A stretch of 64,000 nt of DNA from an uncultured Spirochaetota bacterium (lineage in GTDB: Bacteria > Spirochaetota > UBA4802 > UBA5550): NCBI GenBank assembly GCA_963827275.1, contig CAWHAA010000008.1, positions 1 through 64,000 on the forward strand. Reading direction: 5' to 3'. The first letter of the stretch is position 1. Each line of letters starts with the position of its first letter. Below the pieces are notes generated by a model. It saw only the letters and a program-made list of their open reading frames with translations. It did no database searches and was not told the origin of the DNA. The translations under genes and the position numbers were made by a program. Positions 1-9,854 of the stretch are shown piece after piece.

Positions 1-2
1 AA

Positions 3-1004
3 GCGAAGCCGCACCTTGGTACGGACCGCCTGCGCGGCATAGTAACGCGGATCCGGGAAGCGCTCATCGCATCAGGGTCGCTTATCAATTTCAATGAATC
101 GATCGATGACCTGGTCGTCCACGGCGGGGCACTGGCGGGCGTCGTCACGTCGAAGGGGAGGGAGGTCCCGGCTGACCGCCTGGTGCTCGCAACCGGCCAT
201 TCGGCGCGCGATACCTACTCGATGCTCGCAAAGAGGGGCGTCACCCTTGAAAAAAAAGGCTTTGCCATGGGAGTGCGGATCGAGCACCCTGCGGCCCTTA
301 TCAACGAGATCCAGTACGGGCGATCGCAGTTCCGGGACCGGCTGCCCGCCGCAGACTATACTCTCGCGCATACCGACCGCGCCACCGGCAGGGGGGTCTA
401 TTCCTTCTGCATGTGCCCGGGCGGAAGGGTCATCAATTCGTCGTCCGAGCAGGGACGGCTCTGCACCAACGGGATGAGCTTTTCCAGGAGGGACCATCCC
501 TTTTCAAACGCCGCCATCGTCGTCACCGTCGCGCCGCAAGAGTGCGGCGATGAGCTCCTCGGCGGGATAGGGCTCCAGAGGGAGATTGAGGCGGGCGCGT
601 ACGGCGCGGGGGGCGGCATGTTTTCCGCCCCGGCGCAGCGGGTGACAAGCTTCCTGTCGGGCACTATCGACAGGGATCTTCCCCCCGCGTCCTACCGGCC
701 CGGCCTGTTCCCCGCTGATATTGGCCGGTTTTTACCGGCATGGCTCGCTGAAGAGTTGAAGGCCGGCATCCGTCAGTTCGATAGAAAAATGAAAGGATTC
801 ATCAGCGAACAGGCCCTCCTGATCGGGGCCGAGACGAGGACCTCCTCGCCGGTGCGGATCGCGAGGGGCGACGACCGGCACTCGGTCGCTGTCAGGGGGC
901 TGTATCCCGTCGGTGAGGGCGCGGGCTACGCGGGCGGGATCGTAAGCTCGGCAGTTGACGGCATCAGGTGCGCGGACGCCATTATCGGCGAGACAAAGGA
1001 CTGA
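3..1004 (+). CDS. FAD-dependent dehydrogenase/oxidoreductase (COG2509-like), 5'-truncated by window edge
   Basis: Frame is open from base 3 (AKPHLGTD...). Motifs LATGHSARD, GVRIEHP, YSFCMCPGG, TNGMS, ETRTSSP and YPVGEGAGYAGGIVSSAVDG. Confidence 0.85.
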   Translation, partial: AKPHLGTDRLRGIVTRIREALIASGSLINFNESIDDLVVHGGALAGVVTSKGREVPADRLVLATGHSARDTYSMLAKRGVTLEKKGFAMGVRIEHPAALINEIQYGRSQFRDRLPAADYTLAHTDRATGRGVYSFCMCPGGRVINSSSEQGRLCTNGMSFSRRDHPFSNAAIVVTVAPQECGDELLGGIGLQREIEAGAYGAGGGMFSAPAQRVTSFLSGTIDRDLPPASYRPGLFPADIGRFLPAWLAEELKAGIRQFDRKMKGFISEQALLIGAETRTSSPVRIARGDDRHSVAVRGLYPVGEGAGYAGGIVSSAVDGIRCADAIIGETKD

Positions 1005-1126
1005 TGCCCGGGAAGAACCCGGGCCCCCGGGGAGCATCCATGGTAAATTACCGGGGCCGGCGGTATTAATCTTGACGACACGGTCCCCGGTGGCGCATCG
1101 TTACCGGGCATACCAGGAGACGGTGA

Positions 1127-1585
1127 ATGCCCGATACGTTTATTGAAATAGCCCGGAACAAGAAGGCGCGCTTCGACTATGAGATAGTCGAGACCTTCGA
1201 GGCCGGCATCGTCCTCGCGGGGAGCGAGGTGAAAGCGATGCGCCAGAAGAAGGCGAGCATCCAGGAGGCGTACGCGCGGGTGAAAAACAACGAGATGTAC
1301 CTGACCGGGATGAACGTCGCCATATACGAGATGGCGAACCGGTTCAACCATGAGCCGGTACATGACCGGAAGCTCCTCATGCACCGGCACGAGATCAAGC
1401 GTCTCATCGGCAAGGTGCAGGAAAAGGGGTTCACCCTGGTGCCGCTGCGGCTCTACTTCAAGAACGGGAAGGTGAAGGTGGAGCTCGGCCTTGCCAGAGG
1501 CAAGGCGAAATATGACAAGCGCCATTCCATACAGAAACGGGAAGTCGAGCGCGAGATCCAGCGCGAATGGAAGAACCACCGGTGA
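1127..1585 (+). CDS. smpB: SsrA-binding protein SmpB
   Basis: NKKARFDYEI..FEAGIVLAGSEVKA, RKLLMHRHEI, GKAKYDKR; AGGAG RBS upstream. Confidence 0.97.
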   Translation: MPDTFIEIARNKKARFDYEIVETFEAGIVLAGSEVKAMRQKKASIQEAYARVKNNEMYLTGMNVAIYEMANRFNHEPVHDRKLLMHRHEIKRLIGKVQEKGFTLVPLRLYFKNGKVKVELGLARGKAKYDKRHSIQKREVEREIQREWKNHR

Positions 1586-1699
1586 CGGAATAAAATTCTT
1601 GACAGGACGCTTCGGCGCGCCCAACGTACTCTTTACGCGCCGGGTGCGGCGCAATCGTTTCCAATACTAAGACAAATACTACAATTACGAGGGAATACC

Positions 1700-1909
1700 A
1701 TGGCTGACGAAGTACAAGCAACTCAACCGGCAGATGCGGCAGCGTCTCCTGAAGGCGCCCAGGCTGCGGGAAAGGCCAAGTCAAAAAAGGTCAACAGGAT
1801 GAACGCGAAAGAACTGGCCAAAAAAATTGAGGAAGTTGAAAACACCCCGATGACCAGCTCGAAATACTACAAGCACCTTCTCCAGAGAAAAAAAGAGCTG
1901 GGCATATAG
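1700..1909 (+). CDS. Small basic hypothetical protein (69 aa)
   Basis: GAGGG RBS, TTGACA upstream (about 1599), host-like codon usage and a hairpin after the stop. Confidence 0.75.
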   Translation: MADEVQATQPADAAASPEGAQAAGKAKSKKVNRMNAKELAKKIEEVENTPMTSSKYYKHLLQRKKELGI

Positions 1910-1920
1910 CGCTTTCCCGG

Positions 1921-1946
1921 CCGGCTGCGCCCGCGGGCGCGGCCGG
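1921..1946. terminator. GC-rich hairpin between convergent genes
   Basis: CCGGCTGCGCCC-GC-GGGCGCGGCCGG inverted repeat; no clear U-tract. Confidence 0.45.
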
Positions 1947-1949
1947 TAA

Positions 1950-2888
1950 TCAATCCCGCATCAGCACCAGATATTCGTATTTATACAGGTCCTCGATAAA
2001 CTGTCGTATGATTTCATGCTCGTCCTTTTGCGAGTTGGATGTAAGGATGAACCGGAGCCTCCCGGAACGGTCGAAGGTGATAAAATCCTTATACTGGCCG
2101 CGCACCGTACGGTACCCTAATGCCCGCGCTACTTTTTCCAGATAAGAAAATTTGATCGTGTATTCATCATGGCCCATGAGAGGGATCCGCTCGGGATTCC
2201 CCGGGCCCGGGACATGCAGGACGTCTCGCAAGTCGTCCGAAACTGATGCCTCGCAGCTGTGCTCGCTCAGATAAATGTTCCTGACGCCTGCGGAGCAGAG
2301 CTTCTCTACCGCTTCTATGGCGCCGATGTTGAGATTGAACCGCCGTTCCGGAACCGGAAAGCCGTAGGCAGAGAAGATCCTTCTGATAGTGGCCAGAACC
2401 GGGTCGGGGCTTATGTCTGAACCGGAGATACATGCAGGATCGATATCGCATGCGGTGGGAAAGTCCCCGATGATTTCATTCATCAGTACCAGGTCAAAGT
2501 CGGCGTAGAAGCGCCCGTGCATAGAAAAAAAATCATCATGAAGAAACTCGACCGGCGCGCCGGCAAGGGTTTGTTTCTGGCGCTCCAGCAGAACGGGGGA
2601 GAGGTCGAGCATTGTTGCCCGTGCGGCGGGACATCTGGCTAAAACATCGCGGGTGATGAAGCCGTACCCTCCGCCGATTTCAATGAATCGCGAGACCGCA
2701 TGCAGGGGGAGTATACACGCAAGCTGGTCATAAAGCAGTTCGCCGAAACCTGCCTTTTTATGTATGATGCTGCGGCATGGGCTCGCCGTGCCTTCCAGTG
2801 CATTGCATACGGTGAGCTCCCAGCCGAGGGTCTGCATCCGTTCGCGGTGAAACAGGGTTGTATCGTTTATATGGTATGCGATGGGCAT
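1950..2888 (-). CDS. Class I SAM-dependent methyltransferase (MidA/NDUFAF7-like motifs)
   Basis: Motif I FIEIGGGYG, acidic LDLS, and LMNEIIGDFP resembling the NELFDALP motif of the MidA/DUF185 family. Confidence 0.75.
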   Translation of the reverse strand: MPIAYHINDTTLFHRERMQTLGWELTVCNALEGTASPCRSIIHKKAGFGELLYDQLACILPLHAVSRFIEIGGGYGFITRDVLARCPAARATMLDLSPVLLERQKQTLAGAPVEFLHDDFFSMHGRFYADFDLVLMNEIIGDFPTACDIDPACISGSDISPDPVLATIRRIFSAYGFPVPERRFNLNIGAIEAVEKLCSAGVRNIYLSEHSCEASVSDDLRDVLHVPGPGNPERIPLMGHDEYTIKFSYLEKVARALGYRTVRGQYKDFITFDRSGRLRFILTSNSQKDEHEIIRQFIEDLYKYEYLVLMRD

Positions 2889-2933
2889 AGTGGGAGGTCG
2901 TGGCTGCGGGCCGTGAAGGCCCCGCGGTCTGTC

Positions 2934-3347
2934 TCAGATGATTATTTTTCCCCGGGGAGCGGGGTCGCGCGCCAGCAGGTAGATGGCGATTGCCATGACC
3001 GCAATTCCCGCGAAGGCGGCCAGGAGCGCGAGCACCAGTTTTCGTTTCTCCGCACCGGGGAGCAGCCTGAAGTTCATGAGCCTGTACTTGAGGTTGAGGG
3101 CCCGGGTTATGGTGTACGGAACGATCTGGCCGAGATTGATGCTGCTGATTGCGCTTCTCAAGGGGGACATCTTTTTTAAATCGCACGATGACCGGCTCAG
3201 GTCAAACGATGCGTCGGCGTAGATGTCGGTGCTGTCCGGGTCCGCTACGAATGAGTAGCCGCAGGCGCATTTGACCCGTATGGTCCCCTTGTCAATGGGG
3301 AAGCGGAGCTTTGTCCTGCATCCGGGGCATGCTTTAATCAGGTACAT
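2934..3347 (-). CDS. Zn-ribbon-containing membrane protein, hypothetical
   Basis: N-terminal CPGC...CACG and a C-terminal hydrophobic helix; starts 4 nt after the HDOD gene stop. Confidence 0.7.
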   Translation of the reverse strand: MYLIKACPGCRTKLRFPIDKGTIRVKCACGYSFVADPDSTDIYADASFDLSRSSCDLKKMSPLRSAISSINLGQIVPYTITRALNLKYRLMNFRLLPGAEKRKLVLALLAAFAGIAVMAIAIYLLARDPAPRGKIII

Positions 3348-3351
3348 GGGG

Positions 3352-4212
3352 CTACTGCAGGTCCCTGATCTTTTTCAGGATATCGGGCACCTGCGAGAAC
3401 AGGCCTTCCAGGTCTTCCTGCGCGAGCGCGACTTTTTTTATCGCCTCGTCGCGTATCTCGTGGAAGAGGCCGTCGCTGCCGATGCCGATCCCCCCCATGA
3501 GGCATATCGCGTTGGCGATATGCACGATGGAGACTTCCATGGAATGTTCTGCGGGCGCTGCGCCGGGGTCCTGGTAGTACCGCACAATGGAGCGAAGGAC
3601 AGGCGGGAAGTTCCATTTCTCGAGGATCTTTTCGCCGACCTCCTGGTGGTTGTAGCCCATGACTTCCTTCTCGGCCTGGGGGAATGATATGTTCTGCGAC
3701 TGCACCAGGCTCAGGATTTCGCTGAAGGCCTGCTGGACGAACAGGGCAATAACCACCTTCCCCACGTTGTGTATGATCCCGCCCGTGAAGACCACATCAA
3801 CCAGGTCTTTTCTTTTTTTCAGCAGGGCGATATCGCGGGACATTGTCGCAACCGCCAGCCCCTGTCTCCAGAGGTCGCCCTGGGCGAGATCGTAGCCGAT
3901 GACCGGCTTGGCCATGAGCGGCTTCGCGGCAACGAGGAACACGATGTCTTTAACTTCCTTCAGTCCCAGGGTCACGATCGCCCGGTCAATGGAGGTTATC
4001 TCTTTTCCCTTGCTGAAATATGCCGAATTGCACAGTTTGAGTATGTTCGCGGTCATGGCCTGATTTTTCGAGATCTCGAGCGCCACCTGCTTGAAGGAAA
4101 TATCGGGATCGTTCACCATGTTGATGACTTTCCCGGCGACCTCCGGGAGGGGAGGCAACCGGTCAATGTTTGTTATGATGGCTTCTATTTGCTTTTTAAT
4201 ATTCTGGTCCAT
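3352..4212 (-). CDS. HDOD domain protein
   Basis: LPPLP, ILKLCNSAYF, AIVTLG, IIHNVGK, EKEVMGYNHQEVG..ILEKWNFP. Confidence 0.92.
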   Translation of the reverse strand: MDQNIKKQIEAIITNIDRLPPLPEVAGKVINMVNDPDISFKQVALEISKNQAMTANILKLCNSAYFSKGKEITSIDRAIVTLGLKEVKDIVFLVAAKPLMAKPVIGYDLAQGDLWRQGLAVATMSRDIALLKKRKDLVDVVFTGGIIHNVGKVVIALFVQQAFSEILSLVQSQNISFPQAEKEVMGYNHQEVGEKILEKWNFPPVLRSIVRYYQDPGAAPAEHSMEVSIVHIANAICLMGGIGIGSDGLFHEIRDEAIKKVALAQEDLEGLFSQVPDILKKIRDLQ

Positions 4213-4234
4213 ACATAATCTCCGGACGGCGAAA

Positions 4235-4717
4235 TTATACTTTATAGTAAATTTTTTCCTGTCCGCCGGCCTTGACCTTCATGCGCCCGTCTTCCAGGTA
4301 AAAATCGATGACTCTTCCGAGATTCCCGCCGACTTCCTCGACAAGGACTGCGATGCCGAGCTTCTTGAGCTCGGTCTTTGTCTGCTCGATGTTCCGGTCC
4401 CCGATCTGTCCGAGCATCACATTTGCGCCGAACTTGAACATCGATGCGCCACCGGTTATCTTTGCGGTGAGATTTTCCTTTTTTGCCCCCAGCCTCAGGA
4501 TCTCCTTCACGAGGAGCGGGATTGCGGTATCCGCGTATTTTTCAGGGTTCGGGTTTGATTTCTGGTTTATCGGGAGCAGGACGTGGGCCATCCCGCCGAT
4601 TTTCTTTATCCGGTCATAGATACAAATCCCGACACAGCTCCCGAGAATGGTCCGCAGCACTGCGGGAGACGAGGAACATCGTATCTGTGCGACACCCACG
4701 GTAATTATTTCACTCAT
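4235..4717 (-). CDS. cheD: Chemoreceptor glutamine deamidase CheD
   Basis: TILGSCVGIC, GGMAHVLLP, KYAD, AKITGGASMF, IGDRN, VGG..GR. Confidence 0.93.
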   Translation of the reverse strand: MSEIITVGVAQIRCSSSPAVLRTILGSCVGICIYDRIKKIGGMAHVLLPINQKSNPNPEKYADTAIPLLVKEILRLGAKKENLTAKITGGASMFKFGANVMLGQIGDRNIEQTKTELKKLGIAVLVEEVGGNLGRVIDFYLEDGRMKVKAGGQEKIYYKV

Positions 4718-4769
4718 GTCCGCTACTCTGTTCGATTAAGTTTATACACAGGCCTGATGTCAAAAAATG

Positions 4770-4798
4770 ATACTACCGGATAATAATAAATTTGTCAA
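4770..4798 (-). promoter_or_regulatory. Sigma70-type promoter for the cheD run
   Basis: Minus strand TTGACA-N17-TAGTAT. Confidence 0.55.
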
Positions 4799-4960
4799 GA
4801 GCAATAGATATCTTTTCTCCCCGCCGGGAGCGGGCATGGCCGTCACGGGAATGTTCTTGACGAGGCAGGAATTGTTTTGTAACTATTGATATGACATCGT
4901 GTCGGCCAGCGATGATAACCTTTAATTTATACGCCAGCCTTAAACAGACGGAGATGTAGA

Positions 4961-7169
4961 GTGAAAAGAAAGTGGCCAATTGTTGCGTGTCTGATGTTTT
5001 TCGTATCCGCACCATCCGTGTATCCGGCCACCATCCATCTCGGTGACGATCTGAGGAAACAGCCGATCGGGCGTCATGTGGAATTTCTCGTGGATGAATC
5101 GGGCGGATTGTCGATCGAGGATGTGTCGCGCAGGAAGGGGGCGAACTCGTGGCATGCCTCCAATGACATCAACCCGGGATTCGGGTTCACCGAGTCGGTG
5201 TACTGGGTCCGCTTTACGGTCGCCAATGACACGACGAGAGAGATTTCCCTGTATCTCGAGCATGAGTATCCGCTCGTTGATACCCTCGAGATGTTTCTCC
5301 CACAACCGGATGGAACATATCGGACGATAAAAACCGGCGACCGCTATATGTTTTCAGAACGGCCCGTCGAATACCGCACGTTCGTCTTCCCCCTCGTCTG
5401 CGAAGCGCGATCGACGAAGACATTTTATCTGAGGCAGAAAACCTCCAGCGCGATGAATTTTCCTCTTATACTCTGGTCGCCCGCCGAGTTTAAAAAAATG
5501 TCGGTAAGTGAAGAGCGTCTCCTGATGTTCTACTACGGCATGATGGTGATCATGGTGTTCAATTATCTGTTCATCTACCTGCTGATACGCCATGCCAGCT
5601 ATCTCAATTTCGCGCTTTTCATCCTTTCCATTCTTCTTTTCATAATGACGCAGGTGGGCGCCACGTTCCAGTTCATTATGCCGAACAATCCCGGGCTCGC
5701 GAGCATCTGCCCGCCGCTCTTCCTCTGCATGGCCAATCTGTCCGGCAACCGCTTCATCGCGATCTTTTTACAGTTAAAGAAAAACGCGCCGGTATTCAGG
5801 AAAATTCTCGACGCCCAGTTCCTCGTCTTTCTCGTCGCCCTGGTATCCGTCGTCACCATCCCGCTGTTCGGGCAGTACAAGGTGATCATGACCGCGACAT
5901 CATACCTGTCGGTGGTGACGATCATGCTCGCCTTCATCATCGGCCTGTATCTCGCCGCACGGAAACAGCGGAGCGCATACCTGTTCGCCCTGATAAGCCT
6001 CGGCTTCCTGTTGCGGGTCGATCCTCTATCTTCTTAAGACCTTCGGGCTGATGCCGGGCAATTTTATCGCCACCTGGTCTATGGTGATCGGCTCGGCCAC
6101 CATCCTGATATTCCTGTCCATTGCGATGGTGGACCGCATCAACACCATGCGTAAAGGCCTCAAGATCGTGTCGCAGAACCTGGAAAAGCAGGTAAAGGAG
6201 CGGAGCATCGAGCTGCTCCTGACCGAGACGGCGGCAAAAGTCATGGAGGTCAGTGACGCGAGAGCCGGCGGGGCGGGCAACGAAACAATCCATTTACCGT
6301 CGATACAGAACCTGCTCAATAACCAGAGGGACCTGACAATCAACAAGCTGAGCCAGGACATACGGATCATATCCAACATGGATGAATTTTTCGCGAAAAC
6401 CGGGTCGCGAATGATGGAGATGGCGCATGCCGCCAGGATCTACCTCTTTGAGCTGAATGATGCTGTGCCGGAGCTCCGGTCGTTTATCGACACCATTGAA
6501 GGCGACAGCCAGGGATATTCCGCCGTTATTGTGGACAAGGCCGTCACCACCGCGCTTCCCGTTGTCAATTATGACGATACAGCGCAGGGAAACGGCGCCG
6601 ATGACGGGGCGCGCGATAATGATGCCAGGCCCGTCATGGCGGTCCCGATGGTTTCGAACCGCCGCGTGATAGGCGTGTGCTACCTGGAGCGGAGTGACGG
6701 AGGGGGCCCGTTCTCCGAAAAAGAGGTCAGCATGGTAACGGCTTTTATCGATACCATCATCCCGGTATTTGAAAATGCCATCTCGTACCGGAAAAAGATG
6801 CTCAAGGTCGATGACAGGTATACCTATTCAATCACATCGCAGACCGAGGAAAAGATCAAGCAGGCGATAGCGTATATCGAGGTCAATTACACCGAGGACA
6901 TCTCGCGTGAAAATCTCGCGGCGTCGCTTGATATCAGCCCCAATCATCTGGGAAAGTTCTTCAAGGTCCATACCGGCAAAAAAATCAATGAATACATTAA
7001 CGAGCTTCGTATCAGCGATGCCGCCAGAAAGCTCAGGGAACAGAAAAATGAGAATATCATCAACATAGCGTTTTCAGTCGGGTTCGAGAGCCTGAGCACG
7101 TTCAACCGCGCGTTTCTGAAAGTGATGGGGGTGACGCCGACTGAATACAAGGAGCAGAACAAGCCGTAG
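4961..7169 (+). CDS. 7TM-DISM extracellular domain + 7TM + GAF + AraC HTH membrane-anchored regulator, split by a +1 frameshift near 6011-6014
   Basis: ORF 4961-6037 has a signal peptide, a DISMED2-like domain (GFTESVYWVRF, TGDRY.FSERP) and TM helices. The +1 frame from 6015 continues as GSILYLLKTFGLMPGNFIATWS into ORF 6051-7169, which has a GAF-like segment (MAVPMV...VIGVCYLE) and the AraC signature IAFSVGFESLSTFNRAF. Confidence 0.8.
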
Positions 7170-7197
7170 GGACGCGGAAACCGCGTCTGAGAGAGCG

Positions 7198-8223
7198 TCA
7201 TTTATCATTCCACAGGCCGGGGGCTTTTTCTTTCAGGAGTGCCAGGGCGGCGGACATTTTTTTCATGTCGATGAAGTAGTACCGCTTGCCGTACTGCAGC
7301 AGCACCCTGCCCTTGTACTTTCCCGCGAGAAGATAGGGAAACGGCACGCGTATCGCTTCCTTCCCGTATTGGGAAAACCAGAGACCGGTGCCGCTTTCCC
7401 ACGCGCATCCGCCCGAGGCAAGCTCTATGTCGCTGATATCGCTGAAGCGTTTCAGGGACCGTTTCGATTTTGCCGCGAGCGAATAACGGACCAGCTCCCA
7501 TTTCCCCGAATTCCCGGTAATGTAGAAAAGCGACCCGGGGCCCGCATGGTGCTTTGACGATGACATCTTCAGGTTTTTTAATTCGACTGAACCATTGGAG
7601 GAAGAAAGGATGTTGAAATAGTAAGCGCCGGCGATTCCCGTCAGGAGGCACAGCATGTCATTGACCGTATACAGCTGTGCCGTGTAATAACTCGCGTAGG
7701 GCGGCGGGAAGGCCTCTTCGGTCAGCGGCTCGGTGGAACGGTCGGTTATGTTATAGCGATAGAGAAGTGAGTTTTTATAGTAGATGATATCGTCCCCCGA
7801 AATTACCAGCGACCTGAGGGGGCTCTTGGGGTCACCGACCGATTCCTCATGAATAAGATCGCCGTCACTGTCGAATATGCCGAATTTGAGCCCGTCATGC
7901 AATACAATATAGGTGTCATTGATATCTACCTGCCGGATACCCTGACCGCCGGGGAGCGACACGGTGCAGTCCCGGGGATACACGATATCCACGCTGTTTT
8001 CATCAATGGCGTAAATGCAGGTGCCGCCGGATTGCAGCTCCGTTCCCTTGATGGAGTCTATTGCTATGTTTGCAATGAACAGGTCCGCCAGGGTCCGTTC
8101 CGCCCCCGGGGTGCCGGCGGCGTAGTTCTCCATGGCGTCATGGAACTTCCGGTCCGGGTCGGGGGTGCAGCCCCAGAGCTGGCCCAGGAGCGCCATGATG
8201 CAGAGTGCCGAAAATAGTTTCAT
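7198..8223 (-). CDS. Putative lipoprotein, beta-rich/propeller-like, hypothetical
   Basis: Signal peptide with LWGC lipobox; starts 4 nt after the TPR gene stop. Confidence 0.7.
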   Translation of the reverse strand: MKLFSALCIMALLGQLWGCTPDPDRKFHDAMENYAAGTPGAERTLADLFIANIAIDSIKGTELQSGGTCIYAIDENSVDIVYPRDCTVSLPGGQGIRQVDINDTYIVLHDGLKFGIFDSDGDLIHEESVGDPKSPLRSLVISGDDIIYYKNSLLYRYNITDRSTEPLTEEAFPPPYASYYTAQLYTVNDMLCLLTGIAGAYYFNILSSSNGSVELKNLKMSSSKHHAGPGSLFYITGNSGKWELVRYSLAAKSKRSLKRFSDISDIELASGGCAWESGTGLWFSQYGKEAIRVPFPYLLAGKYKGRVLLQYGKRYYFIDMKKMSAALALLKEKAPGLWNDK

Positions 8224-8227
8224 CCCG

Positions 8228-9580
8228 CTACTTTATCTTTTTTCTTGATTGTATTTTTTCGATCGTTCTCTTGACGTAATCGGCGTCGTATAACTCGATC
8301 GTCTTTGATTGCGCCACCGTCTTGGCCCGCAGGCTGAATTTCGATGTCGCTATGTACATGCCGTTCTTGCACTTCTCGTTCGTAATATGCCGCTGGAACT
8401 CGTTGATGGTGTCTTCAGTAATTTCACGCGTGGTGCGGTGAAAATAGATCAGTATGGGAGGATCGTTAATCCTCTTTATGTTATAGGCCTTGTACTGGTA
8501 TTCGTTCGGGCTGATGCGCTCCTTGGAGATGATATTGTAATTCAGGCCGGAGATCATCTCCACGATGGTGGGCTGGAGCGCCTCGAGCGAGGAGACGAAC
8601 AGGGTCATCAGGCTTTCATTTCCGAGGATCCCCTCGTAGGATTCGAGCTTGATGCGGGTGCCGCGAAAGTTCGGATTGTCCTCCGCTATTTTTGTCCAGT
8701 GGTGATAGGCTTCCTTTATCTTGTTCTGGTGCTCGTAGCATTCTGCGAGGAGATAGCGGTATTCGTTCGACTCCTCGTCTTTTTCCTTGAGATTGACCAG
8801 GCCCTGTTCGAGGACCTCGATCGCGTTGTCATACTCTTCAAGATGGAAATACACCTCGCCGGTCTTATAGAGCGACTTCAGAAAATATTTGCGCTCCCGC
8901 TTCGCCTTGTCGAACATCGCGATCGCGTTGGTGTATTCTTTTTTCATCTGGTAGATGCATCCCAGGTGGTACTGTGCGTCGCTGTTGTCGCCCGGCGCGC
9001 CGAGCGCCCTGAGCAGGTATTCCTCCCCCTTTTCGTAGTCGGAGATGTTATAACAGGATATCCCCAGCGGAAGATACACGTCGCTGAGATTCGGGTCAAT
9101 GCTGATGGCCTTGACCAGGTGGTCGCGGGCCTTTTTATATTCCTTCTTTTTATAGAGCGCGTGTCCTATCCGGTGGTTCGCCGTAAGATCATCCGGGTTG
9201 AACGTGAGGATCGCCCGGTATTCGTCCACTTCCTTGATGAAATTCTTCGTTTCATTGTAGAGGCGGGCCAGGTGATAGTGTATTTCAATTTCGTTTATAA
9301 ATTTTTTGAAATTGGGCAGGCCCAGCACGGCATTAAATTCGGATATCGCGAGGAGGTACTGGTTCTGCTTCATCAGCACGAGGGCCCGGAGATAGCGTGC
9401 CGGCACGTAATCGCTTTTTCGGTCGAGGATTTTCTTGATGATCTCATTTGCCTTGCTCGTGTCGTCATCTTCAAGATATTCCTCGGCTTTTCGTATCTTG
9501 GCAGGAAAAGATGTTGATTTTAATATGATAACTATGGTAAGGATGAGCAGGAAACATAATACGACAATGGCATATCTCAT
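8228..9580 (-). CDS. Membrane-anchored TPR protein with C-terminal Mrr/restriction-endonuclease-like domain
   Basis: N-terminal TM helix, multiple TPR repeats, and C-terminal GMYIATSKFS..A...A....IELYD typical of the Mrr_cat fold. Confidence 0.8.
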   Translation of the reverse strand: MRYAIVVLCFLLILTIVIILKSTSFPAKIRKAEEYLEDDDTSKANEIIKKILDRKSDYVPARYLRALVLMKQNQYLLAISEFNAVLGLPNFKKFINEIEIHYHLARLYNETKNFIKEVDEYRAILTFNPDDLTANHRIGHALYKKKEYKKARDHLVKAISIDPNLSDVYLPLGISCYNISDYEKGEEYLLRALGAPGDNSDAQYHLGCIYQMKKEYTNAIAMFDKAKRERKYFLKSLYKTGEVYFHLEEYDNAIEVLEQGLVNLKEKDEESNEYRYLLAECYEHQNKIKEAYHHWTKIAEDNPNFRGTRIKLESYEGILGNESLMTLFVSSLEALQPTIVEMISGLNYNIISKERISPNEYQYKAYNIKRINDPPILIYFHRTTREITEDTINEFQRHITNEKCKNGMYIATSKFSLRAKTVAQSKTIELYDADYVKRTIEKIQSRKKIK

Positions 9581-9854
9581 TGCGGTTGATTGGTTATCCT
9601 GTTATTTAATGCATGACAACGGGTAACGGCGGTCTTGAAATCCGGTACTGACAGGCTACCGTCCCTATAATTTATGTATGTATTGATAAATAGACCGTTT
9701 AGTCAAGCAGATTATCGATATGCGACGCGCTTTGTCGGAATATAAAATTCATTATTGACAAAATAATTATGGACTGACTTCTTAATTATTTTCTGTTTTG
9801 AAGCAGGATTGTTGCATTGCCCGCGGGGCGAATCCTTACAAGCGAGGGAAGCGT

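Noticed and set aside
1586..1699. tmRNA (ssrA) next to smpB
   Set aside because: The spacer is about 115 nt, with no GGGGC start or tRNA-like 3' end.
8309..9517. 402-aa plus-strand ORF
   Set aside because: Antisense shadow of the TPR gene.
9805..9836. Hairpin in the purE-guaA leader (AGGATT...AATCCT) as a purine, ZTP or PRPP riboswitch
   Set aside because: Too short and lacks the conserved cores of those aptamers and any terminator; an Infernal/Rfam scan would be decisive.
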